A DNA stretch of 64,000 nucleotides from Ignavibacterium sp. (GCA_039961715.1 JABRVW010000100.1:3333-67332), one strand, 5' to 3'. Shown: positions 36,867 through 47,335, counted from the stretch's first letter. Notes: generated from the letters alone by a model not told the origin. Translations and numbers: made by a program.

Positions 36867-39559
36867 TTCGGGACCACGGATCCCTTTCCACTGTCTGCCA
36901 AAAGCGATTGCAGCGCGGCCTTCCGCTCGTTCACAAACTGGTCAACTCCCTGTTCCATGCTGTATACTTCGCGAAGGGCATCAAGAACTCTGAGAGCATC
37001 CTGGTACCGCCCCAGATTCTCGTACGCCTGGAGGAGGAGGATATAGGGGTTATCCTGGACCACAGGCCTTCGTTCCCGTCTCGCCACGATTGGCTCCGCC
37101 TCGGCGACAATTTCTGCCATCAGTGCCTGATACATTTCGTTCCGACCCGCCATCCGGTAGTAGTTGGCAATATCAAACATCATCGAAAGGCCCATGGGGA
37201 TGATCCGCCGCGGAATGACCTCCTCCATCCGGTCCAGCACTTCCGCGAACTTCCCGGCCTGTTGTTCAACGTTGGCATAGTAATATCCCAGCGAAAGAAA
37301 TGCCTGGCGGTAATTTGCCATCAACCGTCGTGCGTCTTCATCCAGATACACACTGCTGTCCTGCAATCCGCGCCAGAGAAATCCGGGCTGGTAGGTCTTC
37401 GACGGCTTCTCAATATCCGTGAAGTAGTTCTCCCTCATCTTTTCCGGGGACAGATTTTGCCAGTACGCTCCGCGGCGCGGCACCAGGCGGAAGGCCAGCC
37501 CCTCCAACTGCATGTAGTCGCGTAACCCGATCTTGCTGTCGTCGGAGACGGTCATGGCAAAGTAGATCGGCCGTTCCCAGTTGTTCGTGCGGATGATATC
37601 GTACACCATGATGTCCTGCACACGGAGAAGCGTGTACTGTCCCATGCTGATCGTGGGAGCGAGCGTAAACTGGATCACACCCCTGTTCGTGAGCGAGGTA
37701 TCCTTCACACCAAAACGGTCGATGACCGGCTTTGGAAGCGGAAGCTCCCGGACCTGCGCCTGCCAGGGAATGGGCCCAAGCTGGGAAATCCGGTTGTCCG
37801 GAGTGCTGATCGGAACTTTCCTGGCACCGTATGGCTCGAGGTGTTTGAGCTGACTGATGTACCAATCGGTATTCAGCAAGCTCAGATTCACGATCCGGAC
37901 ATCCCTCCGAATCCCTTCAACATCCTGAAGATACCACAACGGAAAGGTGTCGTTGTCGCCGTTGGTGAAGAGAATCGCATCTTCGTCGCAGGATTGCAGA
38001 AGATTGTAGGAATAATCCCAGGCAACATAATTTCCCGATCTATCCTGTTCATGGAAATTCACGCGCAGCATGTTGGCCGGGACGAGCACGAAGGCCGCCG
38101 CAAGCACACCGTAGGGAAGCGCTACAGGTTGGGAGGCAGAGAAGAATCGTTCCTTGATCTCATCGATGATCGCCACAACCCCCATGCCGATCCACATGGC
38201 AAACACAAAAAAGGACCCCACATAGAAGTAGTCGCGCTCCCGTGGCTGAGGCTCTTGCATGTTAAAGTACACCACAAGCACGATCCCCATGAGGAGAAAA
38301 AAGGTCACAGAAACGAATCCCATCTTCCAATCCCGCGACCAATGGTGAAACGCGCCGATCAATCCCAGAAGGAGCGGTATTCCGTAGAGCTTGCTCAGAT
38401 CAACGCCCGCCTCCTTCCAGTCTCCTTCCTGCCCCACGAAATTCCATCCGAAGTACCGGAAATACATATGCCCAAGCTGATAGCGCCAGAAGTAGTCCCA
38501 GTCACTGGTGTAGTTTTGATGCGCTGCGGCCTGCTCGGGCTCCGTGACGTTCCAGCGGCGGTTCAGCAGAGGTGCCGTTCCATACTGTTCGCGGTTCAGA
38601 TAGCTGATGAGCCGCTCCAGGTTGTGAGGATTGTTCTCGTTCATGGGCGGATTGGCATTCGCCCGGATCAGCACCATGGTGTACGTCGAATAGCCAAGCA
38701 TGATCAGCAGAAACGAAAGAAGGGCGATATTCATGATCCGATCGTTCCGCTGAATCGACCGGTAGACGCCATACACAGCCCCCGCGATGGCAGCAATCGG
38801 GATGATCTGAAAGATCACGTTCCGCTCGCCCATCAACTCGCCATCAAGCAGGCTCGGAACCCACTTCACAATGCCCGGATAAATGACCCCGAAAATCAAC
38901 ACCGCCACGACGCCGAATTTGATGAATCCATTGATCGAGAACTCATACAGCCTGAAGTACACGATCAGCATCACGGAGAACAAGGCGAGGATCGCAAGGA
39001 GATGAACGCCCACCGACAGGCCGATGAGGTATGCGATCATCAGGAGATACACATCCCCGCGCTGCCAGTCCGAACGCTCATGCCAGCGTAGTGCCAGCCA
39101 AAGCACAGAGCTTACGAAAAGCATGCTCAGGCCATAGACTTCCGCCTCCACGGCATTGAACCAGAATGTCCTGCTGAAGGTCAGAGAAAGCGCGCCGATC
39201 GCCGAACTGCCGAAAACGACAAGAGCCTCGTACAGATTCGCCGGTCTCCCCCTCCACATGGTTATGAAACGGACGGAAATGAGGTACAGGAACATGACCG
39301 TCCCGGCGCTGGAGAGCGCGGACACCATGTGCATGCGAACCGCAATATCCGACGAGATCGGAATATTGCTGAACAGATGTGCGACAAGCAAAAACAAGGG
39401 GGCACCGGGAGGATGCGGCACCTGCAAAGAGTAGGCCGCCGCCATGAACTCGCCAACGTCCCAAAACACGACCGTGGGGGGCAGGGTGATGATATAGGTC
39501 GCCAGGGATATGACTCCGACCGCTGCTGCAATGATCCGATGTAAGCGATGATAGGTCAT
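36863..39559 (-). CDS. DUF2723/TMEM260-like GT-C-fold membrane glycosyltransferase with C-terminal TPR-like region (898 aa)
   Basis: More than 10 predicted TM helices and an N-terminal loop motif VVFWDVGEFMAAAYSLQVPHPPGAPLF, the DxGE-type first loop of GT-C enzymes. The soluble C-terminal about 350 aa have TPR-like helical repeats. ATGA overlaps with both flanking methyltransferase genes. Confidence 0.7.
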   Translation of the reverse strand: MTYHRLHRIIAAAVGVISLATYIITLPPTVVFWDVGEFMAAAYSLQVPHPPGAPLFLLVAHLFSNIPISSDIAVRMHMVSALSSAGTVMFLYLISVRFITMWRGRPANLYEALVVFGSSAIGALSLTFSRTFWFNAVEAEVYGLSMLFVSSVLWLALRWHERSDWQRGDVYLLMIAYLIGLSVGVHLLAILALFSVMLIVYFRLYEFSINGFIKFGVVAVLIFGVIYPGIVKWVPSLLDGELMGERNVIFQIIPIAAIAGAVYGVYRSIQRNDRIMNIALLSFLLIMLGYSTYTMVLIRANANPPMNENNPHNLERLISYLNREQYGTAPLLNRRWNVTEPEQAAAHQNYTSDWDYFWRYQLGHMYFRYFGWNFVGQEGDWKEAGVDLSKLYGIPLLLGLIGAFHHWSRDWKMGFVSVTFFLLMGIVLVVYFNMQEPQPRERDYFYVGSFFVFAMWIGMGVVAIIDEIKERFFSASQPVALPYGVLAAAFVLVPANMLRVNFHEQDRSGNYVAWDYSYNLLQSCDEDAILFTNGDNDTFPLWYLQDVEGIRRDVRIVNLSLLNTDWYISQLKHLEPYGARKVPISTPDNRISQLGPIPWQAQVRELPLPKPVIDRFGVKDTSLTNRGVIQFTLAPTISMGQYTLLRVQDIMVYDIIRTNNWERPIYFAMTVSDDSKIGLRDYMQLEGLAFRLVPRRGAYWQNLSPEKMRENYFTDIEKPSKTYQPGFLWRGLQDSSVYLDEDARRLMANYRQAFLSLGYYYANVEQQAGKFAEVLDRMEEVIPRRIIPMGLSMMFDIANYYRMAGRNEMYQALMAEIVAEAEPIVARRERRPVVQDNPYILLLQAYENLGRYQDALRVLDALREVYSMEQGVDQFVNERKAALQSLLADSGKGSVVPK

Positions 39560-40332
39560 TCTCGTTCCTTTGGAGTACGTGCAGAGTGCCGCCCCTTCAA
39601 TGCATCACGGGCATCGCCCTTCTTCGTTGCACAAACGATATACTTGTCCCGAAACGGCCTCGGCGGGCCAAAGCTCCATCCAACCAACCGTTCCGAAAAA
39701 TCGTCGAGGACCCATTGCGTCTCATAAAAGGCGTTCACAGCAAGCTTCCTCTGGAGCTCCGTTGTGAAGATGAAACGGCCCTGAGGGGCCAGATGCCTGT
39801 CGACAGCATCGAGGGCCGCATGAAGACGCTCCCTGGTCACGATGTGCTGGGCAACGTCGATCATGGTGACCAACGAAAACTCGCCGTCGATTGGAACACG
39901 ACCGCTCGCGATGTCGGCCTTGACAAAGTGAAATCCAGGGAACCGCTGACGGAGGTCCGGGAAAAGGACATCTGTAATGTCGACGCCGTGGTACTTCGTG
40001 ACGCCTGCTGAACGAAACAACTCCGCGTAAAAACCGGTAGCGCACCCGATTTCCAGGACGGCTGACCTCGTCAGGTCGATACCCTCATCCCGGCAAACCT
40101 CCGTGAACACCTTGGCCGCATTCCGGTACGATCGCTCGTTTTCTTCACGCGAGTAACCGTCATGGCCCGGCCCCATCAGGTTCAACCGGTATTTCCTGAA
40201 CCGGTCACCCCAAAACCGTTCGGCATCGTAGCCGTTCCGGGAGGCGTATTTCCAACGCCCAAGGGTCAGCTTGTACAGTGCGCGCCCCACAAATCCGAAC
40301 GGGTTCCGCAAAAAGCTCTGCAAATGTGACAC
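39556..40332 (-). CDS. class I SAM-dependent methyltransferase
   Basis: Motif I VLEIGCATG and the post-I acidic residue (HGVDIT). Confidence 0.7.
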   Translation of the reverse strand: MSHLQSFLRNPFGFVGRALYKLTLGRWKYASRNGYDAERFWGDRFRKYRLNLMGPGHDGYSREENERSYRNAAKVFTEVCRDEGIDLTRSAVLEIGCATGFYAELFRSAGVTKYHGVDITDVLFPDLRQRFPGFHFVKADIASGRVPIDGEFSLVTMIDVAQHIVTRERLHAALDAVDRHLAPQGRFIFTTELQRKLAVNAFYETQWVLDDFSERLVGWSFGPPRPFRDKYIVCATKKGDARDALKGRHSARTPKERE

Positions 40333-40436
40333 GTCTGTTTTCTATCAGGCCGAGGTGATGGGGAGCATGCGCGAATCGAAAAAATCCATGAAATGTATCC
40401 CAAAAAGGCTTCAACCGCAAGGATTTCCCCTCTGCT

Positions 40437-41588
40437 TCAACGCAGACGCAACGCGATTTCATCACAGAGCGAGTACCCTGTCGGGGTCAGACGAAGAACA
40501 TGGTGTTCGAAGACCGCCAGTCCGGACCGGAGAAGGTCTTCGATCACCTCCCCGTATCGCTCAAACAGATCGATATCGTGTCGTTGTCTGAAACCGGCAA
40601 TGTCGATTCCCGTGCTTCGCAGACCGAGAAAGATTTCTTCTTCGACCGCCTGATCCCGGCTCAGCCGTTCTTCGCCGGCAACGGGCAACTGTCCTTGTGC
40701 GATCCTCTGAGTATAGGAATTGAGGTTGGAGACATTCCACCATCGGACCCCGTTCCAGTGCGAGTGCGCGGAAGGACCGAATCCCAGGTAATTCCCCCGA
40801 TTCCAATAATTAAGGTTGTGACGGGAATGAAATCCCGGCCTGGCAAAGTTCGACACCTCGTATTGTGTGAATCCATTCGACATCAGCATTTCGATGGTCG
40901 TTGCATACAAGTCCGCGTCGACCTCGGGCGGCAGTGTCGCGATCTGTTTCGTCTCCACCATTCGCTGGAGTGGTGTGCCAGGTTCCACAATAAGACTGTA
41001 GCATGAGAGGTGCTGAGGCCCGAGGGCAATCGCCTGCTCCAGGTTCTGCATCCACCGTTCCCTTGACTGGCCCGGCAGCGAAAACATCAGATCCACGCTG
41101 ACGTTCTCGAATCCGGCATCCCTCGCGGCACGGACACACTCCTTGGCCTGTTGGGAGGAGTGAATTCGTGTCAGGAACCGGAGGTCGTCCTCATGGAACG
41201 ACTGGATCCCTATGCTCAACCGGTTGATCCCCGCCGCCCGGAAGGCCTCCAGTTTCCCGGCGTCCACCGTGCCGGGGTTTGTTTCCACGGTGATCTCGGC
41301 GTCCGGATCGATTGTGAAGCTGGAGCGCAGGAGACTCAGGATCTCCTGGAGATCAGACGGAGAAAGGAGGGAAGGAGTTCCGCCCCCGAAAAAGACCGTT
41401 TCGAACCGGCTTTGCAGCGTCCTGTCGGCCGAGCGGAGATCAATTTCCTTCTCCAGCGAAACAAGGAATTCCCTGATCAGCGTCGCGTAATCCCTTGCCG
41501 CTGAATCACCGGGCGCGATCGAATAGAAATCGCAGTAAATGCACTTGTGCTCGCAGAACGGAATATGAAGATAGAGCGATGCACTCAT
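40437..41588 (-). CDS. hemW: radical SAM heme chaperone HemW / oxygen-independent coproporphyrinogen oxidase-like
   Basis: LYLHIPFCEHKCIYCDF (CxxxCxxC) and a HemN_C-like tail. The start at 41588 lies 5 nt after the lepB stop. The ORF-track N-terminal 104 aa overlap lepB out of frame. Confidence 0.85.
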   Translation of the reverse strand: MSASLYLHIPFCEHKCIYCDFYSIAPGDSAARDYATLIREFLVSLEKEIDLRSADRTLQSRFETVFFGGGTPSLLSPSDLQEILSLLRSSFTIDPDAEITVETNPGTVDAGKLEAFRAAGINRLSIGIQSFHEDDLRFLTRIHSSQQAKECVRAARDAGFENVSVDLMFSLPGQSRERWMQNLEQAIALGPQHLSCYSLIVEPGTPLQRMVETKQIATLPPEVDADLYATTIEMLMSNGFTQYEVSNFARPGFHSRHNLNYWNRGNYLGFGPSAHSHWNGVRWWNVSNLNSYTQRIAQGQLPVAGEERLSRDQAVEEEIFLGLRSTGIDIAGFRQRHDIDLFERYGEVIEDLLRSGLAVFEHHVLRLTPTGYSLCDEIALRLR

Positions 41589-41592
41589 GGTT

Positions 41593-42483
41593 CTACCGTA
41601 CCAGGGTCCCGATTCTTTCCCACCGGATGCTCGCGAGCTTTCTGCCGAAGCTGCTCCAGGCGACATCGGGATCCCACGACCAATACACGAGAAGGGCCTC
41701 TCCGACAAGGTTCTCCTCGGGAACAAACCCCCAGAACCTGCTGTCCATGCTGTTGCGCCGATTGTCGCCAAGCATGAAGTAATAGTTTCCGGCAACGGTG
41801 TAGGAATCGGCCGGCTGGCCGTCCAGGGTGACGGTTCCGTCCGGAAGGACGTCCAGAGCCTGGCCTTCATGGTGAAGCAATGCCTTCCATTCCTCAGCAT
41901 TCTCCGCGGTCAGCGTAATCGCCTGGCCTTCATACGGAACGACGACAGGGCCAAAGTCATCCTCTGTATAAGCTCCGCCCGGAACCGCCCGGGGACCGGC
42001 ACCTCCGTTCATCTTCACGGTGCGGGAGAACAGGAGCTCCCGGCCATTGATGAACACCCTCCCCTGCCTCAGGGCAACGGTGTCACCGGGCAATCCGATA
42101 CAGCGCTTGATGTAGTTGACGTCGAATCCTTCCGTCGCGACAGAGCCTTCGAGTTGAGGAAACTCAAACACAACGACGTCACCCCTCCGCACCTCCCTCC
42201 AGGGAATGGAAACCGTCGGAAGCCTGATGGATGTCAAGGGGATGCGACGCGGAGTGCGCAGGCCGTACGCAAGCTTATTCACGAGCAAGAAATCCCCGAT
42301 CTGCAAAGTGTTCTCCATCGAGCCCGAGGGGATTCTGAACGCCTCCAGCACGCAGGCCTTGATGGCCAGCGCAACGACGAGCGTCACCAGGATCGTCTTT
42401 GCGTATTCCTTGAGAATCAGGGCTGTCGATGGGCGGACAACATCCCTTGCGTCGACGACCTGATCTGTCTGCTCCTGCGTCAT
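41593..42483 (-). CDS. lepB: signal peptidase I
   Basis: S26 motifs IPSGSMENTL, GDNRRNSMDSRFWGFV. Confidence 0.85.
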   Translation of the reverse strand: MTQEQTDQVVDARDVVRPSTALILKEYAKTILVTLVVALAIKACVLEAFRIPSGSMENTLQIGDFLLVNKLAYGLRTPRRIPLTSIRLPTVSIPWREVRRGDVVVFEFPQLEGSVATEGFDVNYIKRCIGLPGDTVALRQGRVFINGRELLFSRTVKMNGGAGPRAVPGGAYTEDDFGPVVVPYEGQAITLTAENAEEWKALLHHEGQALDVLPDGTVTLDGQPADSYTVAGNYYFMLGDNRRNSMDSRFWGFVPEENLVGEALLVYWSWDPDVAWSSFGRKLASIRWERIGTLVR

Positions 42484-42489
42484 CGCCGT

Positions 42490-43398
42490 CTACTTAATGA
42501 GTGTTCCAACCCTTGTCCATCGGATCGACCCGAGCCTGCTGAAAATATTATAGAGGGGAATGTTGGTGTCCCACGACCAGTAAACAAGAATCGGAGAGCC
42601 TACCAGGTTTTCCTCCGGGATGAATCCCCAGTACCGGCTGTCCAGACTGTTATCCCGGTGATCACCCATTCCGAAGAGATAGTTGTGTTGCACGGTGTAT
42701 TCCGTCGTCGGCGTACCGTCGATGAACACTCTCTCCCCCACGCGCCAGATCTGATGTCCCTCGCGTTTGATGAAGGTCTCCCATGCTCTGTACGCATCGC
42801 CCGTGAGGCCGACCTTCATGCCTGCAAAGGGGACGACAAGGGGACCGTAATTATCCTCGTTCCAACCCGACCCAGGCGGAAAGATGCGCTCATCCGGGAC
42901 AGTATCCGGCACGCGCGCAGGATCGCTGAACTTCAGGTTTCGCGGAAGCGGAGCCGGTTCCCCGTTGACATAGAGCACGCGGTCGATGATCTGAATCGTA
43001 TCGGCCGGGAGGCCGACACAGCGTTTCAGGTAGAATTGGAATTCTTCGGGATTCACCTCCTCCCGGTATCCCGGAAACTCGAACACGATCACGTCTCCCC
43101 GTTCCACGTCCTTGATTGCCGGGAGACGGAACCAGGGAAGACGTACATTCGTGAAAGGGATGTTTCTCGGCGAGGTTCCGCCATAGATGAACTTGTTCAC
43201 GAAGAGCAGGTCTCCTGTCAGCACTTCGTTCTCCATGGATCCCGTCGGGACGAGAAAGGACGCGACCACGAAGTTGTTCAGCAGGAGAAATGCGCCCAGG
43301 ATGATGCCTGTCTCCTTGAGGAAGGCCAACGCCCTGGCCTTGAACGACAGCGGAGCCGCGGGTTCTTCCTTCTTTTTTGGTTCTTTGTCCTTCGCCAC
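42490..43398 (-). CDS. lepB: signal peptidase I (second paralog)
   Basis: VPTGSMENEV, GDHRDNSLDSRYWGFI. A GTG start at 43398 lies just after the lepA stop. The ORF-track extension overlaps lepA. Confidence 0.8.
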   Translation of the reverse strand: MAKDKEPKKKEEPAAPLSFKARALAFLKETGIILGAFLLLNNFVVASFLVPTGSMENEVLTGDLLFVNKFIYGGTSPRNIPFTNVRLPWFRLPAIKDVERGDVIVFEFPGYREEVNPEEFQFYLKRCVGLPADTIQIIDRVLYVNGEPAPLPRNLKFSDPARVPDTVPDERIFPPGSGWNEDNYGPLVVPFAGMKVGLTGDAYRAWETFIKREGHQIWRVGERVFIDGTPTTEYTVQHNYLFGMGDHRDNSLDSRYWGFIPEENLVGSPILVYWSWDTNIPLYNIFSRLGSIRWTRVGTLIK

Positions 43399-43415
43399 GC
43401 TTATTCCTTTCGGTG

Positions 43416-45218
43416 TTAGTCTTCCATGGACAAAACGGCCAGAAAAGCTTCCTGCGGAATCTCCACTCTTCCAACCTGCTTCATGCGCTTCTTTCCTTCC
43501 TTCTGCTTCTCCAACAACTTGCGCTTCCGCGTGATGTCGCCCCCGTAACATTTCGCGAGCACGTTCTTGCGAATGGCGCTGAGCGTCTCCCTCGCAATCA
43601 CCTTGCTCCCGATGGCAGCCTGGATCGCCACTTCGAACATCTGCCGCGGGATGAGCTCCCGAAGTTTCGAACAGAGCTTCTTCCCCCACTCGTGGGCCTT
43701 CGTCCGATGCACGATCGTCGACAGTGCGTCCACGGGCTCGCCATTCAGCAGGATGTCGAGCTTCACGAGGTCCGACTCGCGGTATTCGAGAAAATCGTAA
43801 TCAAACGAGGCGTACCCACGCGACAGAGATTTGAGCTTGTCATAGAAATCAAAGATGATCTCCGCCAGGGGAAGCTCGAACTGGATGTCCGCGCGATCGG
43901 TGCTCAGGTACGTCGTGTTCTTGTGAACACCGCGGCGTTCCATGCACAGCTTCATGATGCCGCCGATGTATTCGGCCGGAGCGATGATCTGCGCGATGAC
44001 AAACGGTTCCTCCACCCGCTCAATGACGCCCTGCGGCGGCATGGCTGCGGGATTGTCCACGATCACCTTTTCGCCGTTCGTCTTGTACACACAATACTCA
44101 ACGTTCGGCACGGTGTTGATCAGCGTCTGCTTGTATTCCCTCTCCAGCCTCTCCCTGATGATCTCCATGTGGAGCAGGCCGAGAAACCCCGCGCGAAAAC
44201 CGAAACCGAGGGCCACGGAAGTTTCCGGTTCGAACACCAGCGACGCGTCATTCAGCTTCAGCTTTTCCAGGGCCTCGCGCAACTCGGCAAAGTCGTCGCT
44301 GTTGGCCGGATAGAGGCCGCTGAACACCATCGGCTTGACTTCCTTGTATCCGGGCAGGGGCTTGTCCGCCGGGCGCGACGCAAGGGTGATCGTATCACCG
44401 ACCTTCGTCTCGTGGACATCCTTGATATTGGCGATCACATAGCCCACATCACCGGCCTCCAGCCTGCCGGTTTTCTTGCGCTTCATCTCCAGCACGCCCA
44501 CTTCATCGGCGTCAAACTCCATACCGGTGGACATAAACCGGATCCTCTGTTTTTCCCCGAGAGTTCCGTTTTTGATCCGCACATACGCGATGGCGCCGCG
44601 GTATTCATCGAAAATCGAGTCAAAAATCAGCGCCTGCAGGGGGGCGCCTGGATCACCCTGGGGCGGAGGAATCCTCCGGACGATTGCTTCGAGCACCTCA
44701 TCGGTCCCCACGCCTGATTTCGCGCTTCCGAGAATGATCTCCTCTTCCTTGCATCCCAGCAGCTCCATGACCTGATGTTTGACGTTTTCAATCATGGTTT
44801 TGGCGCTGGGGAGGTCGATCTTATTGATAAAGGGGATGATTTCGAGCCCCGCCTCGATGGCCAGGTACACATTGGAGATGGTTTGGGCTTCCACACCCTG
44901 GGTGGCATCCACGACAAGCACGGCTCCCTCACACGCAGCCAGCGAACGGGAAACCTCGTACGTGAAGTCCACGTGCCCCGGCGTGTCGATGAGGTTCAAT
45001 GTATAGTCCTTTCCACCGGCTGCCTTGTGGTGGAGCTGAATGGCGTGCAACTTGATCGTGATGCCCCTTTCCTGCTCAAGCTCCATGTCATCGAGAACCT
45101 GTTTCGTGGTCATCTCACGGGGGCTCAGGGCTCCCGTGCGTTCCAGGAGGCGATCTGCGAGCGTGGATTTGCCGTGGTCGATGTGGGCGATGATGCAGAA
45201 ATTACGGATGTGATTCAT
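43416..45218 (-). CDS. lepA: elongation factor 4 (LepA)
   Basis: [28 protein letters not shown] and the LepA-specific C-terminal domain. Confidence 0.97.
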   Translation of the reverse strand: MNHIRNFCIIAHIDHGKSTLADRLLERTGALSPREMTTKQVLDDMELEQERGITIKLHAIQLHHKAAGGKDYTLNLIDTPGHVDFTYEVSRSLAACEGAVLVVDATQGVEAQTISNVYLAIEAGLEIIPFINKIDLPSAKTMIENVKHQVMELLGCKEEEIILGSAKSGVGTDEVLEAIVRRIPPPQGDPGAPLQALIFDSIFDEYRGAIAYVRIKNGTLGEKQRIRFMSTGMEFDADEVGVLEMKRKKTGRLEAGDVGYVIANIKDVHETKVGDTITLASRPADKPLPGYKEVKPMVFSGLYPANSDDFAELREALEKLKLNDASLVFEPETSVALGFGFRAGFLGLLHMEIIRERLEREYKQTLINTVPNVEYCVYKTNGEKVIVDNPAAMPPQGVIERVEEPFVIAQIIAPAEYIGGIMKLCMERRGVHKNTTYLSTDRADIQFELPLAEIIFDFYDKLKSLSRGYASFDYDFLEYRESDLVKLDILLNGEPVDALSTIVHRTKAHEWGKKLCSKLRELIPRQMFEVAIQAAIGSKVIARETLSAIRKNVLAKCYGGDITRKRKLLEKQKEGKKRMKQVGRVEIPQEAFLAVLSMED

Positions 45219-45398
45219 GCGCGTGGGTTACCCTCGCCAAAAAACGCAAAAGAGTAAAGAGTGGAACAACTGCCATCACCCTTTACTCCAGCGTAAAGTA
45301 CGGAAATATAGCAGAAATTGGCCTGAAGAGCAACAAGATCGTCGGCCACCTTTGCGTGAATTCACACGAAAGAGTATCTTGTTGAACAGGAGGAACCT

Positions 45399-46295
45399 AT
45401 GAAAGCCGTCCTTGCAGGCGGAAGCGGATTGATCGGAAGAGCGCTCGCGGAGAGGCTCGCAACCGGAGGTCACGAGGTGGTCATCCTTACACGAAAACCG
45501 CAGGTGGGATCCCAACGGGGAATCCGTTTCGTCCAGTGGGATGGTGCATCACCTGGTTCCTGGCAGACAGAGATCGATGGCGCTGATGCCGTTGTGAATC
45601 TCGCGGGGGAGTCGGTTGGATCCCGTTGGACAAAGGCGAAGAAGAGCCGAATCATGACTTCGCGGCTCCAGGCAACAAGGGCCATCGTCCAGGCCCTCGG
45701 TTCCTCCCCGAGAAAGCCTTCCGTGCTCGTGAACGCCTCAGCCGTGGGATTTTACGGAAATGTGCCCGAAGGGGATGTCACGGAATCCGCCCCACCGGGG
45801 GATGACTTCCTTGGCAGAACCTGTACACAATGGGAAGCAGAAGCCCGGAGAGCCGGAGACTACGGAGTCCGGGTGACGTTGATGCGAACCGGCTTTGTGA
45901 TCGCCAGGCAGGCCGAAGCATTCCGCCGGCTTCTTCTGCCCTTCAAGCTCTTTGCCGGCGGCCCGTTCGGTTCAGGGAAACAATGGTTTCCGTGGATTCA
46001 TCTGGAAGACGTTGTTTCGGGCTATATCTATGCCCTGGAAAACCCAGGACTCTCCGGCCCCGTGAATCTCACATCTCCCAATCCGGTCCGCGTGAAACAC
46101 CTCGCGCAGGAAATCGGCAAAGCCCTCCACCGGCCTTCCTCCATCCCCGCCCCCGCGTTCGCGCTGAAGGTCGTTCTTGGAGAAATGTCAGACCTTCTGC
46201 TCAAAGGCCAGAAAGCCGTCCCCCTGAAACTAAAGGAGCACGGCTTTGCCTTCCAATACCCAGCGGTGGAAGAGGCGATCAGAGCGAGTGTGTAG
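45399..46295 (+). CDS. TIGR01777-type NAD-dependent epimerase/dehydratase family protein (DUF1731 C-terminus)
   Basis: GGSGLIG Rossmann motif and the typical C-terminal Q...P.KL...GF.F.YP. Confidence 0.8.
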   Translation: MKAVLAGGSGLIGRALAERLATGGHEVVILTRKPQVGSQRGIRFVQWDGASPGSWQTEIDGADAVVNLAGESVGSRWTKAKKSRIMTSRLQATRAIVQALGSSPRKPSVLVNASAVGFYGNVPEGDVTESAPPGDDFLGRTCTQWEAEARRAGDYGVRVTLMRTGFVIARQAEAFRRLLLPFKLFAGGPFGSGKQWFPWIHLEDVVSGYIYALENPGLSGPVNLTSPNPVRVKHLAQEIGKALHRPSSIPAPAFALKVVLGEMSDLLLKGQKAVPLKLKEHGFAFQYPAVEEAIRASV

Positions 46296-46383
46296 CGCCG
46301 GTCGTTCCACAAGTCCCCATTCCGTGCTATCATTCTCCTATCACATCCGTGATCATCAGCGAGCATCAGTGAGTATCACGCGT

Positions 46384-46941
46384 CTAGCGGAGTACCAATC
46401 TTATCTCCGCCCTCACGCTCGCTCCCCCATCAAGGTCCTCACCCACATCGAACGAGTACAAACTCGCGCCGACGTACGCATCAACAATGTTCAGGATGTA
46501 GGTGATGGCAAGGTAAAAGGCAAACCGGTCCCGCTCGTCGCGATAAAAATCCCTCAAATCCCGCGCATACCGGTCGCCCAATCCACCCGGCGGACCCTGC
46601 TCAAGAGAACGCCTGTAGTTGGCAGCCCACTCGTCGTACTTGCGGTCAAGCTGGATGTAGTTTCTGGCAAACCAGTATCCAAATCCCCAGATGAGAGGAA
46701 TGGTCCAATACCGGCCCGCGTAGATTTGTCCCGATCCCGGCAACACTGCGGACATGACCGTGGCCAGGGCAGGGGAACGAGTCCCGGAAGGTGCGAGAGA
46801 ATCGGATGAAACGGAGAGAGTCGTATCGGGAAGCGGGGAAAACGAGAGGATCCTTGTGCGAAGAGAGAGACGATCCTGGCCCGCCAGATGGGATGCAATG
46901 ACCGCGCAACATGCCAGAACGACAATCAGGCGGACACGCAT
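46384..46941 (-). CDS. DUF5683-like membrane protein
   Basis: Signal peptide, LPGSGQIYAGRYW..P, and C-terminal YILNIVDAYVGASLYSFD. Confidence 0.6.
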   Translation of the reverse strand: MRVRLIVVLACCAVIASHLAGQDRLSLRTRILSFSPLPDTTLSVSSDSLAPSGTRSPALATVMSAVLPGSGQIYAGRYWTIPLIWGFGYWFARNYIQLDRKYDEWAANYRRSLEQGPPGGLGDRYARDLRDFYRDERDRFAFYLAITYILNIVDAYVGASLYSFDVGEDLDGGASVRAEIRLVLR

Positions 46942-46951
46942 CGTGGTCCGC

Positions 46952-47335
46952 CTACTCAATGACGGCGATGGCCTCGATCTCAACCTTGACATCCTTGGGG
47001 AGACGTGCAACTTCCACCGTACTGCGCGCCGGCGCTGCCTCGGAAAAGAACTCGGCGTACACCTCGTTCATGGCGGCAAATTCCCCCATGTCCTTCAAGA
47101 ACACCGTCGTCTTGAAAACGGATTTCATCGACGTCCCGGCCGCGGCAAGGATGGCCGCGAGGTTTTTCAGAACCTGACGCGTCTGCGTCCCGATGTCTTC
47201 ACCCGCCAGCGCGTTGGTTTTCGGATCGAGCCCGATTTGCCCCGCCGTGTAAACAAACCTTCCGTCAACGACGACCGCCTGGCTGTACGGTCCGATCGGC
47301 GCCGGAGCTTTTTCCGTTTTGATCTTCTTCAGCAT
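46952..47335 (-). CDS. ridA: RidA family reactive enamine/imine deaminase
   Basis: [12 protein letters not shown] and the C-terminal [20 protein letters not shown] motif. Confidence 0.85.
   Translation of the reverse strand: MLKKIKTEKAPAPIGPYSQAVVVDGRFVYTAGQIGLDPKTNALAGEDIGTQTRQVLKNLAAILAAAGTSMKSVFKTTVFLKDMGEFAAMNEVYAEFFSEAAPARSTVEVARLPKDVKVEIEAIAVIE

Noticed and set aside
37841-39091. 416-aa plus-strand ORF opposite the DUF2723 membrane protein
   Set aside because: It is an antisense shadow that is His/Arg/Pro-rich. The minus-strand product has coherent TM topology.
41589-41900. N-terminal extensions offered by the ORF track (hemW to 41900, parA to 49185, kdsC to 30703, fmt to 51337, EutN genes to 53927/54333, nrdJ from 3529, hrcA from 16084, and others)
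   Set aside because: The extensions overlap upstream genes out of frame, or lack similarity to the known family N-termini. Internal starts restore canonical N-termini and tight operon spacing.
41587-44717. Very long plus-strand ORFs (610 aa at 41587-43419; 446 aa at 43377-44717) opposite lepB/lepB/lepA
   Set aside because: They lie antisense to genes with unmistakable conserved motifs. Their translations are Arg/His/Gly/Asp-rich and low-complexity with no motifs. These are the typical shadow ORFs of GC-rich DNA.
45252-45288. 12-bp (one mismatch) hairpin gagtaaagagtg...caccctttactc in the lepA/epimerase divergent intergenic region
   Set aside because: An isolated hairpin with no T-tract and no repeat elsewhere in the window is not enough to call a regulatory RNA.
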